Source: an uncultured Nitrospiraceae bacterium (GTDB lineage Bacteria; Nitrospirota; Nitrospiria; Nitrospirales; Nitrospiraceae). Taken from it: a stretch of 64,000 nucleotides of DNA. The position numbers were made by a program, and so were the translations under genes. The number at the start of each line of letters is the position of its first letter. The first letter of the stretch is position 1. The notes beneath the pieces were generated by a model. It ran no database searches, had not been told where the DNA came from, and saw nothing but the letters and a program-made list of their open reading frames with translations. The stretch is from contig CAVPLT010000001.1 in NCBI GenBank assembly GCA_963706325.1, positions 1,120,001 through 1,184,000 on the forward strand, given 5' to 3'. Positions 1 through 9,813 of this stretch are shown here, piece by piece.

Positions 1-761
1 GTGCCCCGGTCAACGACTCGATCATGGAAATGCTCATCATGATCGACGCGTTGAAGCGTTCATCGGCTAACCGCATCACGGCGGTGATTCCCTACTATGG
101 TTATGCTCGACAGGACCGCAAGGATCAGCCCAGAGTGCCCATCTCCGCGAAGCTTGTGGCCGACCTCATTTCGACGGCGGGCGCAGACCGGGTACTGACG
201 ATGGATCTTCATGCGAGCCAAATTCAGGGATTTTTCAATATTCCGGTGGATAACCTCTATGCCCTGCCGGTTCTCATGGACTACATCACGAAGCGAAAGG
301 TCGCAGACTTGGTCGTGGTATCACCTGACGCCGGAGGGGTTGAGCGAGCCCGGGCATTCGCGAAACGGCTGCAGGTGAACTTGGCGATCATCGACAAGCG
401 CCGTGAGGGGCCGAATCAGGCGCAGGTGATGAACATCATCGGGGACGTCCAGGGAAAAAGCGCCTTGCTGCTCGATGACATGATCGATACCGGGGGCACC
501 ATTGTGCAGGGAGCCCAAGCCTGCATGGAAAAAGGGGCACGCGAGGTGTGGGCCGGTTGTACGCATGGGGTGTTGTCAGGTCCCGCGTTGGAGCGACTTC
601 ATCAATCCTGCCTGACGGAGGTGCTCGTGACCGATTCGATTCCGTTGCGTGGCAAAGAGCAGAAGTGCCCAAAATTGAAGTCATTGTCTGTGGCCCCTTT
701 GCTAGGGGAGGCCATCAGGCGCATCCATGAGGATGAGTCAGTAAGTTCGTTATTCGCGTAG
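1..761 (+). CDS. prs: Ribose-phosphate pyrophosphokinase (5' end truncated by window)
   Basis: Motifs [30 protein letters not shown] and the PRPP-binding loop DDMIDTGGT; canonical prs-rplY-pth order. Confidence 0.97.
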   Translation, partial: APVNDSIMEMLIMIDALKRSSANRITAVIPYYGYARQDRKDQPRVPISAKLVADLISTAGADRVLTMDLHASQIQGFFNIPVDNLYALPVLMDYITKRKVADLVVVSPDAGGVERARAFAKRLQVNLAIIDKRREGPNQAQVMNIIGDVQGKSALLLDDMIDTGGTIVQGAQACMEKGAREVWAGCTHGVLSGPALERLHQSCLTEVLVTDSIPLRGKEQKCPKLKSLSVAPLLGEAIRRIHEDESVSSLFA

Positions 762-798
762 GCCGTCCGCGTGGAGCGACAGGTCGAGGAGGAGTATT

Positions 799-1566
799 AT
801 GAAATTTGAGTTAAGCGTTGAGAGCAGAGAAGGTGGGGGCAAGGGCCCCGCGCGCCAACTTCGTCGTGCAGGTCGGGTTCCGGCTGTGTTGTATGGGCAG
901 GGGGAATGCCTCCTGCTCTCCGTCAAGCCGGAGGAGCTCGTGAAAATTCTGCGGGCCCAAGCCGGATCGACCGCACTTATTTCCATTACCATCAATGGTG
1001 CGAAGTCCAAGGCAAATCGCACGGCGCTACTAAGGGACTATCAGGTTGACCCGATTGCAGGCAGCGTGTTGCACGCGGATTTCTTCGAGGTGGCAATGGA
1101 CAAGCCGATCCGCGTAAAAGTGCCTGTCCATTTGACCGGCGGACAGCCGCTGGGATTGAAAGAAGGCGGCGTGTTGCATCAAGCGCTACGCGAACTGCAT
1201 GTCGAATGTCTTCCCTCGGTTTTGCCGGACTTCATTGCCGTAGATGCCTCCCAATTGCAGATCAATGAAGGCATCCACCTCAAAGACATTCCCAGGACGG
1301 AAGGCCTGAGGTTTCTGGATGACCAGGATCATATGGTTGTGAGTGTGGCCGCACCGATGACCGATGCCAAGCTTGAATCGTTGCTCACCACCGGTGCGCC
1401 AGGGGCCGAAGCGGCCAAGGAACCAGAGGTGGCTGTGAAGGGCAAAGGGGTCGCCGAAGGAGCGGCCGGTGCGGAAGCGGGGAAGGCGGGCGATGCCAAG
1501 GCCGGTGCTGCCGCGCCCAAGGCCGGAGCAGCGCCGGCGAAAAAGGAAGCGGAAAAGAAGAAGTAG
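799..1566 (+). CDS. rplY: 50S ribosomal protein L25/Ctc (long form with Ala/Lys-rich tail)
   Basis: RQLRRAGRVPAVLYG, LHADF, GLKEGG; GAGGAG RBS upstream. Confidence 0.95.
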   Translation: MKFELSVESREGGGKGPARQLRRAGRVPAVLYGQGECLLLSVKPEELVKILRAQAGSTALISITINGAKSKANRTALLRDYQVDPIAGSVLHADFFEVAMDKPIRVKVPVHLTGGQPLGLKEGGVLHQALRELHVECLPSVLPDFIAVDASQLQINEGIHLKDIPRTEGLRFLDDQDHMVVSVAAPMTDAKLESLLTTGAPGAEAAKEPEVAVKGKGVAEGAAGAEAGKAGDAKAGAAAPKAGAAPAKKEAEKKK

Positions 1567-2162
1567 TGGCGTTGCGCCTGCTCGTCGGATTGGGCAATCC
1601 GGGAGTCGATTATGCCAATACCAGGCACAATATCGGCTGTTGGGTAATCGAACGGGCCGCAGCGCGTTGGTCGATACGTCTCACAAGGAAAGGCGCGGCC
1701 CAGCGAGGCTCGGGTCGCGCCGGTTCCAAACTAGTTGAACTCGCCGGCACATTGGATTGGATGAACATCACCGGCTCCCCTCTCAAGGGCCTTCTCCGCG
1801 AACTCGACCTGACTCCTGATGATTTGGTGGTGGTGCACGATGACCTGGATCTGGAGCCAGGGCGTCTCCGGATCCGGCACAACGGAGGGAGCGGCGGGCA
1901 CAACGGCATCAAATCTGTGATCGAGGCCTTAGGCACGCCACAGTTCGTGCGGCTCAAAGTTGGTGTCGGTCGTCCGGCTCCGAGACAAGATTCCGCGGAT
2001 TATGTGTTGGAGCGCGTCTCGTCTGACGAAATGGCCGTCTATCATCCGTGCCTCGAACGAGCGGTCGATGCGCTTGAACTGCTGCTCAACCGCGATCTCG
2101 CCACCGCGATGAATCAGTTCAATGTCCGGGACAAAATAGAAGGGGAAGAGCGACCAAGCTAA
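1566..2162 (+). CDS. pth: Peptidyl-tRNA hydrolase
   Basis: LVGLGNPG, TRHNIG, VVHDDLD, GGHNGIKS; GTG start overlaps the rplY stop. Confidence 0.96.
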   Translation: MALRLLVGLGNPGVDYANTRHNIGCWVIERAAARWSIRLTRKGAAQRGSGRAGSKLVELAGTLDWMNITGSPLKGLLRELDLTPDDLVVVHDDLDLEPGRLRIRHNGGSGGHNGIKSVIEALGTPQFVRLKVGVGRPAPRQDSADYVLERVSSDEMAVYHPCLERAVDALELLLNRDLATAMNQFNVRDKIEGEERPS

Positions 2163-2984
2163 CTCCTTGCGGACGAGGGCGCACAGGATAGCGCTGGTCG
2201 TCCACGTGCAGGGTAGCCGGGATCATTTCCACGCAAAATCGCTCACTATCTCGACTGGTCAGCTGCGGTTTCGGTATCGGAGGGAAAAGTCCATCCTGCG
2301 TAACCTATAGCGTTGACCTTGCTTGAACGTCCGACAGGCTGATCATAAATCCTTCAACTTCATTACCGACCCTGCCCGTTCCTTCACCCATATGGGATCG
2401 CTCGCGATTCGCGATTCGTTCGACGAACGGCCATTGGGGGACTTCCTCCAGACCCTGCCATTGTCTTGATGCGCACTACCCAAACCCTGAAGTTCCCTTT
2501 TCAACAGTCACCGATATTCACACATCATCACCACGCTTCGCAGGATCGTGCTATGCCGCCGCACAAGAGTGTGAGAACGCAGGTCATCGGTAGTGCCAGC
2601 CGCTTGTGTTGTGGTAGCGTATTGCCAGCCATGTCTCCTTTTGGAGTGCAAGATTCGAGGAGAACGACGCGCGGTCAGGAATTTGTTGTGTCACTCTCGC
2701 TACTTTCGATCTGGGCATTCGATATTTCGACGGAGCGCGGTTTCCTCCTGACGACCGGTCCACTATAGTTCATTTCTGATGAGCCCAGCACCAATCGCAC
2801 ACGAGCAGCCCGACGGCCGTCTGGACAGGCGGCATGCCGTTCATGTTCTATCTGAACAAGCATCTCGAAGAGACTAAACGTTTCGTTCAAGACTAATTGG
2901 GAGGCCTGACTTGTGAGACATGGCATTGTCCATTGGAATAGTGGCGCCAGAAATCAGACAGTGCTCCCATCTTCATTCTGACCC

Positions 2985-3197
2985 ATGCGAAAGCCTGGCG
3001 AACCGATCTATCTGCGGATTCACCTTATCGCGCTGGCGTTGGTCATTGCGGCCACCGTGGCGTTGCCGCATGTGGCGGAAGTCTTCGTTGGGCCACTAAG
3101 TTTCTGGACCCGCGCCCTGGCGGGGATGGGTATTGCCGTTGCCGGTGGGATTGCCTTGTATCTTCTTTACAATTCATCTGCCCGCAACGAGCCCTGA
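2985..3197 (+). CDS. Small hypothetical membrane protein (two hydrophobic helices)
   Basis: 70-aa ORF with two hydrophobic stretches and a basic N-terminus; no family recognised. Confidence 0.6.
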   Translation: MRKPGEPIYLRIHLIALALVIAATVALPHVAEVFVGPLSFWTRALAGMGIAVAGGIALYLLYNSSARNEP

Positions 3198-3458
3198 CAG
3201 GGTTCCGATCCGGCAGCGGCGCGCTGGCGAGACATTGCCGGGTCACGGTCCTACACACAGACGTGGCGCCCTTTATCATCGCGCCGTGCGCCGCGCTACG
3301 CCCTTGCCGGACGGACTTTTTGTGCTCCTGCGGATATGCTATTCCTTCGTGGTCAATGCTTCGAGCTCAATGTTGTGGTCAATTGAATATCGAGTCCGCC
3401 ATTAGAGTATTTTCGCAGCCTTCTTGCCACCGAAAGCAGGGCTGGTCTTCCACCCCGT

Positions 3459-3488
3459 TTGACACATTCTTTGAGGCTGTGATACCTT
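3459..3488 (+). promoter_or_regulatory. Putative sigma70 promoter of the rpsF operon
   Basis: TTGACA 3459-3464, 18-bp spacer, TGa-TACCTT extended -10 at 3480-3488. Confidence 0.5.
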
Positions 3489-3523
3489 CGCCAGCTCGTC
3501 CCGGCTTGTCCGGCATACCCACA

Positions 3524-3563
3524 CCTCGCTCCCATCTGTGAATGGGGGCCGTTGCCCAGGAGG
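3524..3563 (+). promoter_or_regulatory. S6:S18-binding rpsF leader RNA (ribosomal protein autoregulatory element)
   Basis: Hairpin GCTCCCAT(3528-3535)/ATGGGGGC(3542-3549) followed by CCG (3549-3551); CCTC(3524-3527) can pair with the SD GGAGG(3559-3563). This matches the described architecture of the S6:S18 leader. Confidence 0.7.
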
Positions 3564-3570
3564 ATTCTGC

Positions 3571-3921
3571 ATGGAACTCTATGAGTCCCTGTTCATTATT
3601 CGTCCGTCGTTAAGCGACGAAGAGACAACTGCGCTAATTGAAAAAATGAAGGGCACCGTTACGAAGAACGGGGCTTCGCTCGAGCGGGCTGAGAATTGGG
3701 GCCGTAAGAAACTCGCCTACGAGATTAAGCGTGAGCGCAAGGGCACTTACGTCTATTTCTACTTCAAGGGGCCTGGAGCGGTGATTGCCGAACTCGAACG
3801 CTCTTACCGGCTCGAAGATTCGATCATTAAATTTTTGACGGTCAAGTTGGAGCAAGAGCCTGCTCCACCGAGAGGCGCACCCGTGCCGGCACCGCAGGGA
3901 GCGACCGTTGGCGGGGTTTAA
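3571..3921 (+). CDS. rpsF: 30S ribosomal protein S6
   Basis: YESLFIIRP, WGRKKLAYEI; ATG 3571 follows AGGAGG. Confidence 0.96.
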   Translation: MELYESLFIIRPSLSDEETTALIEKMKGTVTKNGASLERAENWGRKKLAYEIKRERKGTYVYFYFKGPGAVIAELERSYRLEDSIIKFLTVKLEQEPAPPRGAPVPAPQGATVGGV

Positions 3922-4300
3922 CAAAGTTATTCTGGTCGGGAATCTGACCCGCAACCCCGAGCTGCGTTATACGCCGAGCGGGACACCGGTCGCCAGTTTC
4001 GGTTTGGCGACTAGCCGACGCTTTAAGCAGGCGGAAGAACTTAAGGAAGAAGTCTGCTTTATCGACATCGTCGTGTTTGGTAAACAAGCGGAACATTGCG
4101 GACAATACCTGAGCAAGGGAAATGGCGTGATCATCGATGGCCGCCTCCAGCAGCGGCGCTGGGAGACGGAAGACGGCCAGAAACGCAGCAAGCATGAAGT
4201 CGTGGCGCAGGGTGTGACCTTTCTGCCGAAGCGCGGCGAGGCCGGAGGCGAGAGCGGCGGCGCGCATGAAGAACCCTCATACGAAGACGAACAGTCGTAG
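3908..4300 (+). CDS. ssb: Single-stranded DNA-binding protein
   Basis: NKVILVGNLTRNPELRYTPSG, GRLQQRRWE; TTG start; sits between rpsF and rpsR. Confidence 0.94.
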   Translation: MAGFNKVILVGNLTRNPELRYTPSGTPVASFGLATSRRFKQAEELKEEVCFIDIVVFGKQAEHCGQYLSKGNGVIIDGRLQQRRWETEDGQKRSKHEVVAQGVTFLPKRGEAGGESGGAHEEPSYEDEQS

Positions 4301-4315
4301 CAGACGGAGGCAAGC

Positions 4316-4573
4316 ATGGAACGAGGAGAACGTAGTAATGGCGGGGGCGGAGGCGGACGGTTTTTTCAGCGCCGCAAGCCGTGCCGATTCTGTGTCGATA
4401 AAGCGCCGATCGATTTCAAAGATATCGGTCTATTGCGCAATTTTCTGACGGAGCGCGGGCGCATTGTGCCTCGGCGCATTTCAGGCAATTGCCTACAACA
4501 CCAGCGCGTATTGACGGTGGCCGTGAAGCGGGCACGCCAGATCGCCTTGGTCAGTTTTGCTGAAGAGCGATAG
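4316..4573 (+). CDS. rpsR: 30S ribosomal protein S18 (CxxC, zinc-binding type)
   Basis: [31 protein letters not shown]. Confidence 0.96.
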   Translation: MERGERSNGGGGGGRFFQRRKPCRFCVDKAPIDFKDIGLLRNFLTERGRIVPRRISGNCLQHQRVLTVAVKRARQIALVSFAEER

Positions 4574-4658
4574 GCCGAGGGACTAGGATTTGGTGAGTCT
4601 TGAACCAGGTGGCCGAGCGGTCTATTTCTTGCTCGGTCAGAAGATGAGATTCTCGGGT

Positions 4659-5261
4659 ATGACGGTGCCTATAGATACACTCAACCCAGCGATCGTCGAT
4701 ATCGCCCCGGAGGGGCTGTCCTTGTCGTGCACCGCCAGCGGACCACAGCTCGGGTTGAACGAGCCGGAGGAGAAATTCGAGGGACCGCTCAAGCTCAATC
4801 TTGAACTAGTTCAGCAGGACGGTCCGATTGCGGTCACCGGAACCTTGGAAGGGACCGCGATTCGTCAATGTGTGCGCTGCCTCACGGATTTTTCAGATGC
4901 GCTCTTCGTTTCTTTGTACGCGGAGTTTCTCCGGCAACCTGATGAGATCCCCAAGCCGTCAGTGCCCCAGGTGCGGAAAAATCCGAAGCGAGCTGTTCGG
5001 CCGGTTGAGGCGGTGGAAGAAGCCGAAGAGGAAGACGAGGTATATCTCTATCAGGGTGATCACCTCGATTTGGCTCCGATGGTTCGCGAACAGGTGATCT
5101 TGGCTGCTCCGATGCAACCGTTGTGTCGGGAGGATTGTCTAGGGCTTTGTCCGCAATGCGGCCAGAACCTCAATGAGCGTCGCTGTGCCTGTCCTCCGGC
5201 GCCGGAACCAAGCCCGTTTCGTGTGTTACGTGGGCGCCAGTCGAAAAGTGGAAACGCATAG
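4659..5261 (+). CDS. yceD: DUF177/YceD family protein (start uncertain: 4590, 4644 or 4659)
   Basis: CVRCL and PLCREDCLGLCPQCGQNLN motifs; directly upstream of rpmF. Confidence 0.88.
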   Translation: MTVPIDTLNPAIVDIAPEGLSLSCTASGPQLGLNEPEEKFEGPLKLNLELVQQDGPIAVTGTLEGTAIRQCVRCLTDFSDALFVSLYAEFLRQPDEIPKPSVPQVRKNPKRAVRPVEAVEEAEEEDEVYLYQGDHLDLAPMVREQVILAAPMQPLCREDCLGLCPQCGQNLNERRCACPPAPEPSPFRVLRGRQSKSGNA

Positions 5262-5299
5262 TCTGTTAATCGGGTCACGTGCCCGTTGAAGGAGTTGTC

Positions 5300-5485
5300 A
5301 TGCCAAATCCAAAACACAAACATTCACGCTCCCGGCGAGATATGCGGCGAACGGCCAAGACAAGGCTGGTTCCCCCTGGATTTTCGCTTTGTCCGCAGTG
5401 TCACGAGTTGAAACTGCCTCACTATACCTGCATGAATTGCGGGACCTACAAGGGAAAGGCCGTCATCGTCGTCGAGGAATCCTAA
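5300..5485 (+). CDS. rpmF: 50S ribosomal protein L32
   Basis: [21 protein letters not shown]...[21 protein letters not shown]. Confidence 0.95.
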   Translation: MPNPKHKHSRSRRDMRRTAKTRLVPPGFSLCPQCHELKLPHYTCMNCGTYKGKAVIVVEES

Positions 5486-5633
5486 CTACTTTTCTTTTCC
5501 ATCCGTCATTCGGATACAATTGCCCACCGTGATCACGATCCGACGCTATGTGATGCGAAAGGCCGTTCAGGTCCTAGCTGAAGGCGTCTCTACACGACTC
5601 TTTACCTCTCTATCGGTGGACAACTAACCGCAC

Positions 5634-6665
5634 ATGAAGATTGCCGTCGATGCGATGGGCGGGGATCACGGACCAGCCCCGGTAATTGAAGGCGCAATGC
5701 AGGCTGCGCAGGAATTGGGCGTCGGCGTCATCCTGGTCGGTAAGGAAGACGAGTTGACGGCCGCTTGCCGGAAGCTCAAATGTACTGACTCGCGCATTAC
5801 GATCCATCACGCTCCCCAGGTGGTGGAGATGCATGAGTCGCCGGCGTCGGTAGCTCGGAAAAAGCGAGACTCGTCGATTTGGATCGCCACGGAACTCGTG
5901 AAGTCCGGTGAGGCCGACGCAGTGGTGAGCCCGGGCAATACCGGCGCGAGCATGGTCGCCTCCTTCTTCTTGCTGGGATTGACGAAAGGTGTGGAGCGCC
6001 CTGCGATCGCCACGATGTTGCCTACGCTGACGGGCAGCGCCGTAATGCTGGATGTCGGCGCCAACGTCGATTGTTCGGCACAGCATTTAGAGCAGTTCGC
6101 GTTGATGGGGAATGAGTTTGCGAAGCACCTCTATACCAAGCCCAATCCGCGTGTTGGCCTCCTGAGCATCGGAGAAGAAGATACCAAGGGAAACGAAGTC
6201 ACCAAGGAAGCCTTCAAGCTCCTGAAGGCCAGTCCGCTGAATTTTATCGGCAATATTGAAGGACGTGAAGTCTATAGCGGCAGCGCGGATGTGGTGGTCT
6301 GTGACGGATTTATCGGGAATGTGGCCCTGAAAATCTCCGAAGGCGTCGCTGAAGTCATCAAGAAATTGTTGATCAAAGAGATCTCAGGGTCATGGCTGGG
6401 GCGGTTAGCCTATCCATTGATCGCGGGACCGTTGCTGAATCTTAAACGCAAAATCGACTATGCCGAATTTGGCGGCGCCCCTCTTCTCGGCGTCAATGGG
6501 ACCACCATTATCTGCCACGGTCGTTCTTCTGCGAAAGCGATCAAAAATGCGATTCGTCGGGCAAAGGGATTGGCTGAGACCCGGTTGGATGAGTTGATCA
6601 AGCGCGATATCGAAGAAAGTTTCGTGCGGCACCAAGACGAGGCTTCGGAAGGAAAACAGGCGTGA
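5634..6665 (+). CDS. plsX: Phosphate acyltransferase PlsX
   Basis: IAVDAMGGD, GNTGA, DVGAN, CDGFIGN, GGAPLLGV, HGRSS. Confidence 0.97.
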   Translation: MKIAVDAMGGDHGPAPVIEGAMQAAQELGVGVILVGKEDELTAACRKLKCTDSRITIHHAPQVVEMHESPASVARKKRDSSIWIATELVKSGEADAVVSPGNTGASMVASFFLLGLTKGVERPAIATMLPTLTGSAVMLDVGANVDCSAQHLEQFALMGNEFAKHLYTKPNPRVGLLSIGEEDTKGNEVTKEAFKLLKASPLNFIGNIEGREVYSGSADVVVCDGFIGNVALKISEGVAEVIKKLLIKEISGSWLGRLAYPLIAGPLLNLKRKIDYAEFGGAPLLGVNGTTIICHGRSSAKAIKNAIRRAKGLAETRLDELIKRDIEESFVRHQDEASEGKQA

Positions 6666-7639
6666 TACGGGCGCGAATCACTGGGACAGGGTCGTATGCG
6701 CCTGAACGTGTGATGCCCAATGCCGAGTTGGAACAGTTGGTCGCCACGTCCGATGATTGGATTCGAGAGCGGACCGGCATCCGAGAGCGTCGCATTGCAG
6801 GCAAGGGACAGGCCTGTTCAGACCTAGGGCTGATTGCGGCAGAGCGGGCTTTAAAGGCGGCGGGACTGTCGGCGGGCGAACTCGATATGATTCTGATGGC
6901 GACCTGTACAGGAGATATGCCCCTCCCTTCAACAGCCTGCCTGCTCCAGCATCAGTTGGGCGCCAGCAGGGCTGCTGCCTGCGACATTTCTGCTGCCTGT
7001 TGTGGATTTGTCTATGCGCTTGGTGTGGCTGATGCGTATGTGAGAACCGGCATGCGCCATGTCTTGGTAGTGGGATCGGAAGTGATGTCGGCGATTACCG
7101 ATTGGACGGATCGCAATACGTGTATTTTATTTGGTGATGGCGCAGGTGCAGCGGTGGTGAGTGCCTCCGAGGGTGAGCGCGGCATCTTGTCCACTCATCT
7201 GCATTCGGATGGCAGTCTTGCCGATCTGATCGTCGTGCCAGGAGGAGGGACGCGAATGCCTCCTTCTGAAGAGATGATGAGCGAGCGGTCGCAGTACATC
7301 AAGATGAAGGGCAATGAAACGTTCAAGGTGGCGGTGCGGACTCTCGAGGAGGTGGCGCGAGAAACGCTCGCAGCGCACCATCTGACTGTCCAGGATCTCG
7401 ATCTGTACGTCCCTCATCAGGCCAATCTTCGAATTATCAAGGCCGTGGCGGAGCGTCTCGGGCTTCCACTCGAAAAGGTGGTACTGAACATGGATCGATA
7501 TGGCAACACGTCGGCAGCGTCGATTCCCATTGCCTTGGATGAAGCCGTGAGTGATGGACGGGTGCGAGACGGACAGCTCGTGATGTTGGGAGCGTTCGGA
7601 GCGGGATTGACCTGGGCTTCGGCGCTGATTCGCTGGTGA
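6662..7639 (+). CDS. fabH: 3-oxoacyl-ACP synthase III
   Basis: Cys-His-Asn triad (AACCGF, PHQAN, GNTSAAS); GTG start. Confidence 0.96.
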   Translation: MIRARITGTGSYAPERVMPNAELEQLVATSDDWIRERTGIRERRIAGKGQACSDLGLIAAERALKAAGLSAGELDMILMATCTGDMPLPSTACLLQHQLGASRAAACDISAACCGFVYALGVADAYVRTGMRHVLVVGSEVMSAITDWTDRNTCILFGDGAGAAVVSASEGERGILSTHLHSDGSLADLIVVPGGGTRMPPSEEMMSERSQYIKMKGNETFKVAVRTLEEVARETLAAHHLTVQDLDLYVPHQANLRIIKAVAERLGLPLEKVVLNMDRYGNTSAASIPIALDEAVSDGRVRDGQLVMLGAFGAGLTWASALIRW

Positions 7640-7743
7640 AAGGGCGATAGCGGACCGACGACGCATGTAGAGGCGCCTCGCCTGCTTTGCCTGCTTTTTT
7701 CCCGTTGACATTAAGCCTGGTTTCTACGATACCTTACCCGGCT

Positions 7744-8697
7744 ATGGCGGGTTCAGAAATTGGATTTCTTTTCCCCGGACAAGGGTCGCAGTCCGTGGGA
7801 ATGGGGCGAGCGTTATATGACGCGTCCCCGGCGGTGAAGGCGGTTTATGATGAAGCCTCCTCCATCCTTGGGTACGATGTGGCCCAATTGTGCTTCGACG
7901 GTCCGGCTGAGCGGCTGAATCTTACGGAACATACCCAGCCGGCATTACTGGTCAGTAGCGCAGCCGCGCTCAAGGCATTGGAACCGGCTGGACTCCAGCC
8001 GGCGGCTGTAGCAGGCCATAGCCTTGGTGAATATTCAGCGATCTACGCGGCGGGTGGCTTATCATTCCGTGATGCGGTAGGCCTGGTGCAGAAGCGAGGC
8101 CGGTATATGGCCGAAGCCGTGCCCCCTGGGACTGGCCTTGTCGCTGCGCTGTTGGGACTTTCTGCTGATGCCGTGAAAGCGGCCTGTGAGGAGGCGGCGA
8201 CCGTCGGCGTCGTCGCCGCGGCGAATTTCAACTCTCCTGGCCAGGTGGTCATTGCCGGTGAGAAGGCTGCCGTTGAACGAGCGATTGAGATTGCCAAGGC
8301 GAGAGGCTGTAAAAAAGCAATTCCGCTGCCGGTGAGTGTGCCGGTTCATACGCCGTTGATGCAGCGCGCAGCAGACCGGCTGTCGGTGGAATTTGACGGG
8401 GTCACATGGCGAGACTTGACCGTGCCGTTGGTGAATAATGCGGAAGCGGTGGTGTTGCAGCGATCGGAGGATATTCGAAGCTCTCTGATTCGGCAGTTGC
8501 CGTCATCCGTGCGGTGGGAAGAGTCGGTGCAGACCATGGCCAGGTTGGGCGTCACGACGTTTGTTGAGATTGGACCGGGGACGGTTCTGACAGGGTTGGT
8601 GAAGCGCATTGTGCCGGGTGCCGCCACGTTAAATGTACATGATCAGAAATCGATGGAAGCCACGCTCACCGCATTAGGTGTGCGCAAGGAGGCGTAG
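7744..8697 (+). CDS. fabD: Malonyl-CoA:ACP transacylase
   Basis: FPGQGSQ, TQPAL, GHSLGEY, EIGPG. Confidence 0.96.
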   Translation: MAGSEIGFLFPGQGSQSVGMGRALYDASPAVKAVYDEASSILGYDVAQLCFDGPAERLNLTEHTQPALLVSSAAALKALEPAGLQPAAVAGHSLGEYSAIYAAGGLSFRDAVGLVQKRGRYMAEAVPPGTGLVAALLGLSADAVKAACEEAATVGVVAAANFNSPGQVVIAGEKAAVERAIEIAKARGCKKAIPLPVSVPVHTPLMQRAADRLSVEFDGVTWRDLTVPLVNNAEAVVLQRSEDIRSSLIRQLPSSVRWEESVQTMARLGVTTFVEIGPGTVLTGLVKRIVPGAATLNVHDQKSMEATLTALGVRKEA

Positions 8698-8726
8698 GTT
8701 AGGATGGAGCGGCGGGGAGCAGACTG

Positions 8727-9470
8727 ATGGCCTTACAGGGGAAGGTGGCGATTGTCACCGGTGCGGCTCAGGGCATCGGGCGTGCGATTGCGGAAGCGTT
8801 AGCCGAGGATGGGGCGGACATTGCGGTCGCGGACCTCGATCCGGCGCGCTCGCAAGAGGCGGTGGCCGCGATTCAGAAGCTGGGGCGTCGCGCACTCAGC
8901 GTGAAGGTCAATGTGGCCGATTGGAACGATGCCAAGACTATGGCCGATCAGGTGATGCAGGAGTGGGGGAGAATCGATATTCTCGTGAACAACGCCGGGA
9001 TTACCCGTGACGGCTTGCTGCTCAGAATGAAGGAAGAAGATTGGAACTTGGTGTTGCAGGTCAATTTGAACGGAACCTTTCATTGCACGAAAGCCGTCCT
9101 TCTGCCAATGACCAAGCAACGTTATGGACGGATTGTCAATATCGCCTCGATCGTAGGCGCGATGGGTAACGTGGGCCAGGCAAATTACGCTGCGTCAAAG
9201 GCGGCGGTGATCGGGTTCACCAAGACGGCGGCGCGCGAGTATGCGAGTCGAGCGGTTACGGTCAACGCAGTGGCGCCGGGCTTTATCGATACGGCGATGA
9301 CGCAGGGATTGTCGCTCGAGGTGAAAGAGGCATTGCAAAAGCAGATTCCCCTTGGGCGGTTGGGACTGCCGTCCGATATTGCCGCGGCGGTTCGTTTCTT
9401 GGTGTCGGATGCGGCGTCGTATATCACGGGGCAGGTGTTGCACGTGAACGGTGGCATGCTCATGGTATAA
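8727..9470 (+). CDS. fabG: 3-oxoacyl-ACP reductase
   Basis: TGAAQGIG, NNAGITRD, YAASK, VNGG. Confidence 0.96.
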   Translation: MALQGKVAIVTGAAQGIGRAIAEALAEDGADIAVADLDPARSQEAVAAIQKLGRRALSVKVNVADWNDAKTMADQVMQEWGRIDILVNNAGITRDGLLLRMKEEDWNLVLQVNLNGTFHCTKAVLLPMTKQRYGRIVNIASIVGAMGNVGQANYAASKAAVIGFTKTAAREYASRAVTVNAVAPGFIDTAMTQGLSLEVKEALQKQIPLGRLGLPSDIAAAVRFLVSDAASYITGQVLHVNGGMLMV

Positions 9471-9566
9471 GTGAGTCAGGTCGGGTGACTGGATCGACCT
9501 AGATCGATTCGGCGAATCCCGGTGTGGATGAAGGAGGCTAGGATGGGGAAGGAGGTGGGCAAGTCA

Positions 9567-9800
9567 ATGGCAACAGTAGATGAACGGGTGAAGAAAATAA
9601 TCGCCGAGCAACTAGGGGTCGAGGAAGAGGAAGTGACCCTGGAGGCGCATTTCGTCGAAGACTTAGGCGCCGATTCGCTCGATACGGTCGAATTGGTAAT
9701 GGCGCTGGAAGAAGAGTTTGAAATCGAGATTCCCGACGAGGATGCTGAGAAAATTCTCACGGTCGGGAAAGCACTGGAATACATTAAAGAGAAGGCGTAG
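9567..9800 (+). CDS. acpP: Acyl carrier protein
   Basis: [27 protein letters not shown] upstream. Confidence 0.97.
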   Translation: MATVDERVKKIIAEQLGVEEEEVTLEAHFVEDLGADSLDTVELVMALEEEFEIEIPDEDAEKILTVGKALEYIKEKA

Positions 9801-9813
9801 CTGGGCTGCACTT

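Noticed and set aside
1381..1563. Repeat-like GCC/AAG-rich tract at the end of rplY
   Set aside because: Explained by the low-complexity Ala/Lys/Gly tail common in long L25 proteins; not a DNA repeat array.
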